DNA of 56,551 nucleotides from Thermotogota bacterium (lineage in GTDB: Bacteria; Thermotogota; Thermotogae; Petrotogales; Kosmotogaceae). Location of the stretch: assembly GCA_034660555.1 (NCBI GenBank), contig JAYEJL010000059.1:1-56551 (forward strand), given 5' to 3'. The notes beneath the pieces are model-generated. The model was not told the origin of the DNA. It searched no databases and saw nothing but the letters and a program-made list of their open reading frames with translations. The first letter of the stretch is position 1; the number at the start of each line of letters is the position of its first letter. Both the position numbers and the translations under genes were made by a program. Shown here piece by piece: positions 38,291 to 48,333 of the stretch.

Positions 38291-38512
38291 ATGCCTAAAA
38301 AGGGAAATTTCCATGTTTACATTAACAGAGGGTACTGTAAAAAATGTGGAATTTGTTCCTGGATTTGCCCTACAGGAACTATTATAGAGGATGAAGATGG
38401 TAAACCTGAAGTTACCGATCACAAAACGTGTATTGGTTGTTTAATGTGTGAAAGAGCATGTCCTGATTTTGCCATTGATATACAGGAAATTGAGGTGAAA
38501 GAAAATGTCTAA
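38291..38512 (+). CDS. 2x[4Fe-4S] ferredoxin-like delta subunit of a 2-oxoacid:ferredoxin oxidoreductase
   Basis: CKKCGICSWICP, CIGCLMCERACPDFAI. Confidence 0.9.
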   Translation: MPKKGNFHVYINRGYCKKCGICSWICPTGTIIEDEDGKPEVTDHKTCIGCLMCERACPDFAIDIQEIEVKENV

Positions 38513-39659
38513 ATTTGCGCTTTTACAGGGCGATGAAGCCTGTGCCCTTGGTGCGATCAAAGCAGGCTGTAGATTTTTTTCTGGATACCCAATTACGCCT
38601 GCCACAGAAATAGCGGAAGCAATGTCCAGAGAGCTGCCTAAAAAGGGTGGTACTTTTATTCAGATGGAAGATGAAATTGCCAGTATAGCCGCAGCAATAG
38701 GTGCCTCACTTGCTGGAGAAAAAGCAATGACAGCGACAAGCGGACCTGGTTTCAGCTTAATGCAGGAAGCAATTGGTTACGCTTCAATGACTGAGATACC
38801 CACAGTTATTGTGAATGTGCAGAGAGGTGGACCCTCAACGGGTATGCCTACCAAGACTGCACAGGGTGATATAATGCAGGCTCGCTGGGGGACACATGGT
38901 GATCATCCAATAATTGTTCTTTATCCTTCAACCGTGGAGGAAGTTTTCAAATATATAATCACAGCTTTTAATTATGCAGAACACTACAGAACACCTGTTA
39001 TTTTTCTAATGGACGAGATTCTGGGGCATATGAGAGAGAGCATTAGTATACTTGATGAAGAGAAATTGAAACTGATACCTAGAGTTTCTGAGTCAGAATT
39101 GGAAGAAGACGAAATATTTCATCCTTTTAAAGAAGATGACAGTATGCTGGCAGCACCATTGATGAAAATGGGGAAAACGAAGTTTCATGTTTCAGGTCTC
39201 GCTCATGATGAATCTGGTTTCCCTGTTGGTACTCCAAAGGATGTTGATAGGTTATTAAGAAGGCTTGATAATAAAATAAAGCTTCATGCCGATCAAATAG
39301 GTATTTATGATGAATATATGACTGAAGATGCAGAAATACTAGTTATAGCATATGGTTCTGCAGCTCGAAGCGCTTTGAAAGCAGTGAAATTGGCTCGAGA
39401 GGATAGAATTAATGTAGGCCTTTTTAAGCCAATAACACTTTGGCCTCTTCCCACAACAAGAATACGGCAATTGTTGAAAAAAGTTAGTGCGGTAATAGTA
39501 GCTGAAATGAATTTAGGTCAGATTGTTTATGAAGTGTCCAGATTAGATAGAAACAAAACGAAACTTGAAAAGTTAAATAAGGTTGATGGCTCACTGATTA
39601 CTCCTCAAGAAATTCTTGATTCTATTGCAAAAGTTAAATCTGAAGTTCTGGAACTTTGA
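38505..39659 (+). CDS. korA: 2-oxoacid:ferredoxin oxidoreductase alpha subunit (KorA-like)
   Basis: GYPITPATE, QMEDEIAS, TATSGPGFSL, VQRGGPSTG, EMNLGQ. Confidence 0.88.
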   Translation: MSKFALLQGDEACALGAIKAGCRFFSGYPITPATEIAEAMSRELPKKGGTFIQMEDEIASIAAAIGASLAGEKAMTATSGPGFSLMQEAIGYASMTEIPTVIVNVQRGGPSTGMPTKTAQGDIMQARWGTHGDHPIIVLYPSTVEEVFKYIITAFNYAEHYRTPVIFLMDEILGHMRESISILDEEKLKLIPRVSESELEEDEIFHPFKEDDSMLAAPLMKMGKTKFHVSGLAHDESGFPVGTPKDVDRLLRRLDNKIKLHADQIGIYDEYMTEDAEILVIAYGSAARSALKAVKLAREDRINVGLFKPITLWPLPTTRIRQLLKKVSAVIVAEMNLGQIVYEVSRLDRNKTKLEKLNKVDGSLITPQEILDSIAKVKSEVLEL

Positions 39660-39764
39660 GTTCGAGTTTTAATAATGAAAAGAAAATTGTAATGTTTTTG
39701 GAAAGCCAGCATTTATTATGGTAAAATATTCTCAACCTAACTTCAGCTTAAGGAGGCAGTCTAA

Positions 39765-40109
39765 ATGGAAGTTTTAAAGGTCAGTTCTAAATCAAATCCA
39801 AACAAAGTTGCTGGTGCTATAGCGGGGGTTCTTTCAAAAAGCAACCAGGTTGAACTGCAGGCTATAGGTGCCGGAGCAGTAAATCAGGCTGTAAAGGCTG
39901 TTGCGATTGCCTCAAGATTCTTAGATGAAAGATGCACTTCAATAAGTATGGTACCTGGTTTTGTTGAGATTGCTATTGGGGAGGAAATGAGAACAGGTAT
40001 TTCTTTCAAAGTCGCTGCAGATAAGAAAGAACAGAGAGAAAGTGAAAAAACCGAAGCGCCAAAGGAGGCGCAGGTAACAGAACAGGAAACAGAAGAAGAT
40101 CTAGATTAG
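39765..40109 (+). CDS. spoVS: SpoVS-family protein with acidic C-terminal tail
   Basis: MEVLKVSSKSNPNKVAGAIAG, QAIGAGAVNQAVKAVAIA. Confidence 0.95.
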   Translation: MEVLKVSSKSNPNKVAGAIAGVLSKSNQVELQAIGAGAVNQAVKAVAIASRFLDERCTSISMVPGFVEIAIGEEMRTGISFKVAADKKEQRESEKTEAPKEAQVTEQETEEDLD

Positions 40110-40137
40110 TATAATAATTAAAAAGAGTTTTCCGATT

Positions 40138-40158
40138 GGGGCTAAATGCCCCTTTTTT
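40138..40158 (+). terminator. Intrinsic terminator after spoVS
   Basis: GGGGC-TAAAT-GCCCC-TTTTTT. Confidence 0.75.
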
Positions 40159-40250
40159 ATTACGAAATAATTTGCTCTACATTTCATAATTCCTTTAAGC
40201 GATAGGATTGATCACGTGTTATAATTTTTCAAAGCTTTGGGAGGGTAAAT

Positions 40251-42848
40251 ATGGACAAGATTGGAACAAGATACGATCCTAGGAATTTAGAGAAAAAATG
40301 GTATAAAATTTGGGAAGAAAAGGGCCATTTTAAACCTTCTGGTGAAGGAGAGCCTTATACTATTGTTATTCCTCCACCTAACATAACTGCACAACTTCAT
40401 ATGGGTCATGCATTGAATATTACACTGCAGGATATATTAATCAGATATAAGAGGATGCGGGGATATAATACCCTCTGGATTCCTGGAGAAGACCATGCAG
40501 GAATAGCCACACAAAATACTGTGGAGAAAAAACTTGCTGAAGAAGGAATACATAGAAAGGACATGGGGCGTGAAGAATTTCTGAAAAAAGTTTGGGATTG
40601 GGCAGGTGAATATAGAAAGAGAATCGTAGAGCAAATAAAAGCCATAGGAGCTTCCTGCGATTGGTCACGTGAGCATTTCACTCTCGATGAAAACCTGAAT
40701 AAAGCAGTACGAAAAGCGTTCGTTTCGCTTTACAAAGAAGGATATATATATCGAGGAAAATACATAATTAACTGGTGTCCCCGATGCGGCACTGTACTTT
40801 CGGACGAAGAAGTGGAACACGAAGAACTTGAAGGTAAATTTTACTACATTAAATATTATTTTTCAGATAGTGACAAGTATATAACCATAGCAACAACCAG
40901 ACCGGAAACCATGCTGGCTGATACAGCTGTGGCCGTTCATCCTGGAGATGATCGTTTCAAGCATATTATTGGTAAAGAAGTAATATTGCCCTTAATGAAT
41001 AGAAAATTGAAGATAATCGGTGATCCCTATGTAGATCCTGAGTTTGGTACCGGTTGTTTAAAGGTCACACCTGCTCATGATCCCAATGATTTTCAAATAG
41101 GGCTCCGAAATGATCTTGAACTGATCGAGGTTATAGATGAGAATGCAAAAATAAATGAAAATGGTGGAAAATATGCGGGACTGGATCGTTATAAAGCAAG
41201 AGAGGCTGTAGTAAATGATTTAGAAGAAAAAGGCTATCTTGAAAAAATTGAAACCATGCAACACTCTGTCGGAAAATGCTACAGATGTGGCACAATTGTT
41301 GAACCTTCACTTTCTGACCAGTGGTATGTGAAAATGAAGCCACTCGCAGAGAGAGCTAAACTTGCAGTTCAGAGCGGAGAGGTGGTTTTTCATCCTGAAC
41401 GCTGGGAAAAAGTCTACATCCATTGGTTGGATGAAATAAGAGACTGGTGTATTTCGAGACAATTATGGTGGGGCCACAGAATTCCTGTATGGTACTGTCA
41501 AGATTGCGGAAAAATAATAGTTGAAGAGGAAACGCCTGAAGAATGTCCCGACTGCCAATCTAAGAATTTGAAGCAGGATGAGGATGTCCTTGATACATGG
41601 TTTAGCTCCCAATTATGGCCATTTACTACCCTTGGCTGGCCGGATGAAAATGCTGATCTTGAAAAATATTACCCAACATCCGTGCTTGTTACCGCATTTG
41701 ATATTATATTTTTTTGGGTGGCAAGGATGATCATGGCTGGCTATCATTTCAAAGAGGATAAACCATTTTCTGATGTATATATTCATCAATTGATAAGGGA
41801 TCGAAAAGGGCGTAAAATGTCAAAATCTCTTGGTAACGGGATAGATCCGCTTGAGGTCATTGAAGAATATGGGGCTGATCCTATGAGATTCACCCTTGCA
41901 ATACTTGCAGCTCAGGGTAAAGATATCAAGCTTGATACACGTTTCATTGATGCCTATCATAAATTCGCCAACAAAATCTGGAATGCGACAAGATTTGTCC
42001 TTATGAATATCGAAGATTATGATGGAACTAAACTTTCAGAAGGAGATTTGAAACTTGAAGACAAATGGATATTATCAAGACTTCAGAAAACGCAAAGCAT
42101 TGTTTCCAATGCTATTGATAGTTATGATTTTAATATAGCTGCCAAATCAATATACAACTTCTTTTGGAGTGAATTTTGTGACTGGTATATAGAAAGTGTA
42201 AAACCTAGGTTGAACAGCGATGAAAGAACCATTGTACAGAATGTACTTATTTCAGTACTGGATAGCTCGTTTAGATTGCTTCATCCTTTTATGCCATTTA
42301 TTACGGAAGAACTCTGGCAGAAGCTAGATGTAGAAGATGGGGAGATTATTGCAAGTAGCTGGCCTGAACTGAAAAAGGAACTCTTGGATGAAGATGCTGA
42401 AGAGAAGTATTCGCTGTTAATGGATAAGGTAAGAGGTATTAGGAATGTGAAAGCTGATTTGAATATACCACCAACAAGCAAGGTGCAGGCCTATTTTACT
42501 GGTTCAAATCCTGATAACGAGACGAAATTTCTTATAGAAACGCTAGCAAATTGTGAAGTTATGGAATTTCAGCAGAATAAGCTGTCAAATAGTGTAACAG
42601 CATATGCTGAAGAGAAATATACTATCTATGTAAAACTTGTTGAGATAGATGTTCAAAACGAGATAAAAAGGTTGGAAAAAAAGTTAAATAAGAGTGTGAA
42701 AGAAGTAGAACGTTTCAGGAAAAAACTTTCCAATGAGCAGTTTCTGAAAAACGCTCCTGAAGAGATCATTGAAGAAACAAAGGAAAAATTGCAGGACGCG
42801 ACCACTACCAAGGAAAAATTGGAAAGATTAATTGAAGATCTAAAATGA
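40251..42848 (+). CDS. valS: Valine--tRNA ligase
   Basis: PPPNIT..LHMGH, DWCISRQLWWGH, KMSKS, C-terminal coiled coil. Confidence 0.98.
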   Translation: MDKIGTRYDPRNLEKKWYKIWEEKGHFKPSGEGEPYTIVIPPPNITAQLHMGHALNITLQDILIRYKRMRGYNTLWIPGEDHAGIATQNTVEKKLAEEGIHRKDMGREEFLKKVWDWAGEYRKRIVEQIKAIGASCDWSREHFTLDENLNKAVRKAFVSLYKEGYIYRGKYIINWCPRCGTVLSDEEVEHEELEGKFYYIKYYFSDSDKYITIATTRPETMLADTAVAVHPGDDRFKHIIGKEVILPLMNRKLKIIGDPYVDPEFGTGCLKVTPAHDPNDFQIGLRNDLELIEVIDENAKINENGGKYAGLDRYKAREAVVNDLEEKGYLEKIETMQHSVGKCYRCGTIVEPSLSDQWYVKMKPLAERAKLAVQSGEVVFHPERWEKVYIHWLDEIRDWCISRQLWWGHRIPVWYCQDCGKIIVEEETPEECPDCQSKNLKQDEDVLDTWFSSQLWPFTTLGWPDENADLEKYYPTSVLVTAFDIIFFWVARMIMAGYHFKEDKPFSDVYIHQLIRDRKGRKMSKSLGNGIDPLEVIEEYGADPMRFTLAILAAQGKDIKLDTRFIDAYHKFANKIWNATRFVLMNIEDYDGTKLSEGDLKLEDKWILSRLQKTQSIVSNAIDSYDFNIAAKSIYNFFWSEFCDWYIESVKPRLNSDERTIVQNVLISVLDSSFRLLHPFMPFITEELWQKLDVEDGEIIASSWPELKKELLDEDAEEKYSLLMDKVRGIRNVKADLNIPPTSKVQAYFTGSNPDNETKFLIETLANCEVMEFQQNKLSNSVTAYAEEKYTIYVKLVEIDVQNEIKRLEKKLNKSVKEVERFRKKLSNEQFLKNAPEEIIEETKEKLQDATTTKEKLERLIEDLK

Positions 42849-44164
42849 ATTATGATGAAGCATTAGATTATTTATATAATTCACGTCCGTACGGAAAAAT
42901 CAAGTACGGGCTTGATCGTATAATAGAACTTCTTAATCGCCTCGATAACCCGCAGAATAACTATCCAATAATACATATTACCGGTACTAATGGAAAGGGT
43001 AGCGTTGCTGCTATGTTGAGTCACTTGTTCAGAGAACATGGTTTTAACACTGGATTGAATATTTCACCTCACATAGTTGATTTCAGAGAAAGAATACAGA
43101 TAAACAATAAATTTGTGTCGAAAGAACTGGTTGTAGATACTCTTGAACAAATAATCCCGGTACTTAAAGAAATGGATTCTCAGGGAATTGAATGCGCTCC
43201 AAGTTATTTTGAAGTTGTTACTGCTTTGGCATTCAGCATCTTCAAAGCTCAGAAAGTTGATATTTCAGTCATTGAAGTTGGACTTGGAGGTAGATTTGAT
43301 GCGAGTAATATTCTTGAAAAACCTTTAGTTTCGGTAATAACAGGTGTTAGCCTTGACCATACCAGAATATTGGGTTCTTCAGAAGAAAAAATAGCCACAG
43401 AAAAATCTCAGATAATTAAATACGGAAGACCCCTTGTTAATGGTGTTACCAGACCGTGTATAAGGAAGATAATCGAAGAAAAATGCGCTGAAACAAAGTC
43501 TTCTTTCTGGACATTTTGGAAAGATTTTAATTTCAGTAATACAAAAATGGGATTAAACAAGAACGAATTCAATTATCATGGTGATAAAGTCTATAATAAA
43601 ATAAACCTGGCATTGAATGGTGAACAACAGTTCAAAAATGCAGCGATAGCCATAAAAGCATTTGAATTGAGTGCAAGGGAACTAGGTTTTTTGGTGAATG
43701 AAGAGAAATTGAGAAGAGCATTAGAAATGGTTAGGTGGCCTGGCCGTTTTGAAGTTTTTAATTATTCAGATAGAATGATTATACTTGATGGTGCGCATAA
43801 TCCAGATGGAGCAGTTCGTTTTAGAAGCAATCTCGAAACGTATTTTGGAAACAAAAACATTTTCCTTTTATATGGTGGACTTGATGACAAAGATCACAAA
43901 ACCACTGCACGTTATATTTCACCAGCTGTTGAAAATGTTGTTGTCACCAGAGTACCTAGCCATAGGAATGTTTCCCCTGAAAAAATATTTAAAGAATGGA
44001 AAAGTGCTAAAAAAGACGTTGCTTATATAGATAATTATAAATCTGCACTTGATTATCTTATTGAGAGTTCAAATAAAGATGATGTAATAATATGCACGGG
44101 CTCTCTTTATTTGGTTAGTGCATTGAGATATTATATAAGTGGAGGAACGGATAATTATGATTGA
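42845..44164 (+). CDS. folC: Folylpolyglutamate synthase/dihydrofolate synthase
   Basis: HITGTNGKGS, SPH, EVGLGGRFD, WPGRFE, DGAHN; follows valS. Confidence 0.96.
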   Translation: MNYDEALDYLYNSRPYGKIKYGLDRIIELLNRLDNPQNNYPIIHITGTNGKGSVAAMLSHLFREHGFNTGLNISPHIVDFRERIQINNKFVSKELVVDTLEQIIPVLKEMDSQGIECAPSYFEVVTALAFSIFKAQKVDISVIEVGLGGRFDASNILEKPLVSVITGVSLDHTRILGSSEEKIATEKSQIIKYGRPLVNGVTRPCIRKIIEEKCAETKSSFWTFWKDFNFSNTKMGLNKNEFNYHGDKVYNKINLALNGEQQFKNAAIAIKAFELSARELGFLVNEEKLRRALEMVRWPGRFEVFNYSDRMIILDGAHNPDGAVRFRSNLETYFGNKNIFLLYGGLDDKDHKTTARYISPAVENVVVTRVPSHRNVSPEKIFKEWKSAKKDVAYIDNYKSALDYLIESSNKDDVIICTGSLYLVSALRYYISGGTDNYD

Positions 44165-44726
44165 GGCTATAGAAGGAAAAATTGCTGAAAAAACTGAGAA
44201 TACTCTTTTAATAAAAGCGGGGAGCTTTTTTATTAGCGCATTCTGTACCCCCTGGACGCTGCAAAAAATCTCTGTTGGGCAGGAAATAAAACTTTCAACA
44301 TTTCTATCTTTTCCTCAGGATAAAGCGCCAGAAATGTTTGCCTTTTATGAGCGAGACGAAATGGAACTTTTTAAAATACTGATAGGAGTTAACAAAGTAG
44401 GACCAAAGATGGCACTGAAAATACTAGGTGGTGCCCATTATACTGAAATTAGAAACTACATTGCAACCAGAAACGTGATGGGGCTTTCAAATTTGCCAGG
44501 ACTCGGTAAAAAAACCGCAGAAAGACTCATAGCCGAACTTAGTGATTCCATTGAAGATATTTCAGGTTTTACTGTTGCAGTTGGTACTGATAATGATGCC
44601 GTTGATGCTCTGACTTCGCTTGGATTCGACAGATACAGTGCTGAAAAGGCTGTAAGGAAAGTTACAAAAGAGGGAGTTAGTGGAACCCAGGCAATTGTGA
44701 AGAAAGCACTTAAAGAGTTGCAGTGA
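44157..44726 (+). CDS. ruvA: Holliday junction branch migration protein RuvA
   Basis: VGPKMAL, PGLGKKTAERLIAEL, ALTSLGF; ATG 44157 after SD GGAGG. Confidence 0.93.
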   Translation: MIEAIEGKIAEKTENTLLIKAGSFFISAFCTPWTLQKISVGQEIKLSTFLSFPQDKAPEMFAFYERDEMELFKILIGVNKVGPKMALKILGGAHYTEIRNYIATRNVMGLSNLPGLGKKTAERLIAELSDSIEDISGFTVAVGTDNDAVDALTSLGFDRYSAEKAVRKVTKEGVSGTQAIVKKALKELQ

Positions 44727-44742
44727 AAAGGGGGTGAACTAA

Positions 44743-46101
44743 ATGATTGCGATAGTTCTTGCTGCTGGTTTAGGCAAAAGAATGAAATCTGAGAAACCTA
44801 AGGTTATGCACGATATTCTTGGGGTTCCCATGGTTTTATGGGTTTTGAAATCATTGAGAAATGCTGGAATAGATTATAGCAATATATATGTTGTAACAGG
44901 TTACAAATCAGAACTGGTGAAAGAAATATTGCCTGAAGGCGTTAATAGTATAGAGCAGAAAGATCAACTTGGTACCGGTCATGCTGTTTTAGTTGCACTG
45001 GAAGAAATAGATAAAAACGAGGACATTCTTGTTTTAAACGGTGATGTTCCATTAATAAGACAAGAGACAATAATGGAGTTGAAAAACATGCTGGAGTTTA
45101 ACAAGCAAGATGCTGTCGTACTTACCATGAAACTGGATGAACCATCCGGGTATGGGAGAATACTAAAATCTGGAAAAGGATTAAAAATAATTGAAGATGC
45201 TGACGCAGATAGCAAAACAAAAAGAATAAATGAAGTTAATGCAGGTATATATGGTTTCAAGTATGAATTTATCTCTGAAGCGATTAAACAGGTTGATAAT
45301 AACAATGAACAGGGTGAATATTACCTGCCTGATGTGTTCAATTTTTCAGGTAACGCATCAACATTGATTATCGGAGACAATTCAGAGGTTTCTGGTATTA
45401 ATAATAGAGTGCAGCTGGCTGAAGTACAGAAGATAGCTCAGAAGAGAATAAATGAAAAGCACATGTATAATGGAGTTACAATAATCGATCCTGAAAATAC
45501 ATATATAGGTCCTGATGTGAAAATCGGTAAAGATTCAATAATTCAACCGATGACATTTATTTCAGGATGTACGGAAATTGGAACCGGATGTTTAATAGGA
45601 CCTATGACAAGAATTAATGAAAGTTTCATAGATAACGAAGTTGAAATTATTCGATCGGAAGTCGATAAAGCGACAATTGAAAAAGGGAGTAAAGTTGGAC
45701 CTTATTCAAGGCTTAGACCGGGAGCATATTTACAAAAGAATGTGAAGGTTGGTAACTATGTTGAGATAAAGAAATCAAAACTTGGAGAAGGCAGCAAAGC
45801 ACAACACTTGACATATCTTGGTGACTCCGAAATTGGGAAAGATGTTAATATTGGAGCAGGAACAATAACCTGTAATTATGATGGAGTAAACAAGCACAAG
45901 ACTGTAATTGAAGATAACTCATTCATTGGTAGCAATAGTTCAATTGTTGCGCCAGTAGTTATAGGTAGAAATTCAGTAGTGGGTGCAGGTTCAACCATTA
46001 CTGAAAATGTAGAAGCGTATTCGCTGGCACTTGGAAGAGGACGCCAGGTAGTTAAGAAAGGACGTTACCGCAAAGATAAATCGGAAGAAGGTGAGAAATA
46101 A
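44743..46101 (+). CDS. glmU: Bifunctional UDP-GlcNAc pyrophosphorylase/glucosamine-1-phosphate acetyltransferase
   Basis: [23 protein letters not shown], hexapeptide repeats, NYDG. Confidence 0.97.
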   Translation: MIAIVLAAGLGKRMKSEKPKVMHDILGVPMVLWVLKSLRNAGIDYSNIYVVTGYKSELVKEILPEGVNSIEQKDQLGTGHAVLVALEEIDKNEDILVLNGDVPLIRQETIMELKNMLEFNKQDAVVLTMKLDEPSGYGRILKSGKGLKIIEDADADSKTKRINEVNAGIYGFKYEFISEAIKQVDNNNEQGEYYLPDVFNFSGNASTLIIGDNSEVSGINNRVQLAEVQKIAQKRINEKHMYNGVTIIDPENTYIGPDVKIGKDSIIQPMTFISGCTEIGTGCLIGPMTRINESFIDNEVEIIRSEVDKATIEKGSKVGPYSRLRPGAYLQKNVKVGNYVEIKKSKLGEGSKAQHLTYLGDSEIGKDVNIGAGTITCNYDGVNKHKTVIEDNSFIGSNSSIVAPVVIGRNSVVGAGSTITENVEAYSLALGRGRQVVKKGRYRKDKSEEGEK

Positions 46102-47051
46102 TGCCTTTGAGAACCAATGAAATGAAAGTTTTCGCTGGTTCATCGAATGTTGAGTTATCTAGAAAAATTGCTAAATATCTTGGGTTGAATCTTGGAAGGT
46201 GCAGGGTGGAGAAATTTGCGGATGGAGAAACAAATATTAAAATAGATGAAACGGTTAGAGGACATGATGTTTTCATTATTCAACCAACATGTCCACCTGT
46301 TAATGAAAGAACAATGGAATTGCTTGTGATGATAGATGCGTTTAGGAGAGCTTCTGCAAATTCAATTGCTGTTATCATGCCTTATTATGGTTATGCCAGA
46401 CAGGATAGGAAAGCAAGAGGAAGAGATCCCATTTCTGCAAAATTAGTGGCTAACTTGATTACTGTGGCTGGAGCAAGCAGGGTTCTTACAGTCGATATTC
46501 ATGCAGGACAGATTCAGGGGTTTTTTGACATTCCTATGGACAACCTCTTGAGTTTCCCGGTATTTTCCAAACATTTGAGAGAGCTGGGTGGAATAAATAT
46601 CGATGATCTTGTTGTTGTATCTCCAGATATAGGGGGAGTTAAAAGAGCCAGTAAATTTGCGGGTAAACTTGGTGTTTCACTGGCAATACTTGATAAGAGA
46701 AGACCCACTGATAATGAGGCTGAAATGGTAAATCTAATTGGTGACGTTAAAGACAAGACAGTAGTAATCATAGATGATATAATTGATACAGGTCATTCTT
46801 TGGTAGAAGCCTCAAAGATGTTGCATAAGAAGAAAGCAAAGAAGATTTTCGTGTGTGTAACACATGCAATATTGTCTGGTGATTCTAAACATATGCTATC
46901 AAAATCACCTATTAAAAAGATATTTGTAACAGATACGGTACCACAGGATGGTTTGCCTGAGAAATTTGAAGTTGTCAGCATTGCTCCTCTAATTGGGGAG
47001 GCGATGATGAGAATCAGAAAAAATCTGTCAGTTAGTATATTGTTTAAATAG
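46101..47051 (+). CDS. prs: Ribose-phosphate pyrophosphokinase
   Basis: FADGE, YARQDRK, DIHAGQIQGFF, SPDIGG, DDIIDTG. Confidence 0.98.
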   Translation: MPLRTNEMKVFAGSSNVELSRKIAKYLGLNLGRCRVEKFADGETNIKIDETVRGHDVFIIQPTCPPVNERTMELLVMIDAFRRASANSIAVIMPYYGYARQDRKARGRDPISAKLVANLITVAGASRVLTVDIHAGQIQGFFDIPMDNLLSFPVFSKHLRELGGINIDDLVVVSPDIGGVKRASKFAGKLGVSLAILDKRRPTDNEAEMVNLIGDVKDKTVVIIDDIIDTGHSLVEASKMLHKKKAKKIFVCVTHAILSGDSKHMLSKSPIKKIFVTDTVPQDGLPEKFEVVSIAPLIGEAMMRIRKNLSVSILFK

Positions 47052-47064
47052 AGGAGGTATTTAG

Positions 47065-47736
47065 ATGCCGGATTTAGTTTTTTCGGTTTCGAATCGAGAG
47101 AAAAAGGAAAAAGCCAAAAATCTTATCAAACGTGAGAAGATTCCTGCTGTAGTTTACGGACCAGGACGAGAGAATATGGATATCATGCTTGATAAAAGTG
47201 ATGTACTTAAACACCTAAATAGGATTGCTGAGACAACGCCTATTACACTTAAACTTGATGGCAATGAGATGCATGGGTTTTTAAAAGGCGCCCAGAGGGA
47301 TAAAATAACAGATAACATCATACATCTTGATTTCTACATTTCTTCTGAGGGTCATAAAATGGAGATCCATATTCCGCTTACCTTTGTTGGAGAGCCAGCA
47401 GGTATTGAGCATGGTGGGATAGTACAGGAAATCATAACCGATCTTCCCGTTCAAACACTACCCAAAGATATTGTTGAAACCATTGAAGTAAATGTAGAAG
47501 AATTAGAAATCGGAGATGTTATAAGGGTTAAGGACCTGGATTTGCCTGAAGGAATTAAACCACTTATTGATGAAGATAGAGCTGTTTATGTTGTTGAATC
47601 ACCGAGATCGATGACCATAGAAGAAGAGGAAGAACTATTAGCAGAAGCTGAAGAGGAAGAAGAAATGGAAGCTGAAGTCATTGAAAAAGGTAAGGAAGAG
47701 GAAGAAATACCTGAAGGAGAAGAAGAAAAGGAATAA
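47065..47736 (+). CDS. rplY: 50S ribosomal protein L25 / general stress protein Ctc
   Basis: IPAVVYG, HLDFY, long form with acidic tail; prs-rplY-pth synteny. Confidence 0.95.
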   Translation: MPDLVFSVSNREKKEKAKNLIKREKIPAVVYGPGRENMDIMLDKSDVLKHLNRIAETTPITLKLDGNEMHGFLKGAQRDKITDNIIHLDFYISSEGHKMEIHIPLTFVGEPAGIEHGGIVQEIITDLPVQTLPKDIVETIEVNVEELEIGDVIRVKDLDLPEGIKPLIDEDRAVYVVESPRSMTIEEEEELLAEAEEEEEMEAEVIEKGKEEEEIPEGEEEKE

Positions 47737-47742
47737 TACATA

Positions 47743-48333
47743 ATGAATGTATTTGTTGGCTTGGGTAATCCCGGCCCACGTTATGTACTGAGCCGTCATA
47801 ACGTGGGTTTTCTTTTCATTGAAGAATTTTTGAAACACGCTGAATTATTGGGAAAAACGAAAAAAACAGCATACGAAATGTTCAGAGTTAACTATGATGA
47901 TAATGAGGTTCTTCTGGTTAAACCCCTAAAATTCATGAATGCTAGTGGTATTGCTATAAGAAAATTTCTTGAAGATTGTAATGACATCAAGATAAAGAAT
48001 ATGTACGTTGTTTATGATGATCTGTGGATACCGTTGGGAAAAATTCGAATAAGATTTCAGGGAAGTGATGGCGGCCACAACGGTGTAAAATCTATTATTG
48101 ATCAACTTAATACAAAACAGTTCCCACGAATTAGGATAGGTATAGGACCCATTTCAGAACAAGAAAACATGGTAGATTATGTTTTAGGAGAATTCACAGA
48201 TAATGAAATAAATGTGGCCTTCAAATCTATTCGTTTTGCTACAAAGGCAGCTATGGATCTATGCAAGTATGATATGAAAAAAGTGATGTCGCATTATAAT
48301 GGTGTTGAGGTGACTGAACTGAATGAAATTTGA
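47743..48333 (+). CDS. pth: Peptidyl-tRNA hydrolase
   Basis: GLGNPG, RHNVGF, FMNASG, GGHNG, RIRIGIG. Confidence 0.97.
   Translation: MNVFVGLGNPGPRYVLSRHNVGFLFIEEFLKHAELLGKTKKTAYEMFRVNYDDNEVLLVKPLKFMNASGIAIRKFLEDCNDIKIKNMYVVYDDLWIPLGKIRIRFQGSDGGHNGVKSIIDQLNTKQFPRIRIGIGPISEQENMVDYVLGEFTDNEINVAFKSIRFATKAAMDLCKYDMKKVMSHYNGVEVTELNEI

Noticed and set aside
40110..40250. T-box riboswitch upstream of valS
   Set aside because: The region is only 140 bp, the hairpin is the spoVS terminator, a TGtTATAAT promoter lies just before the SD, and no T-box consensus is visible
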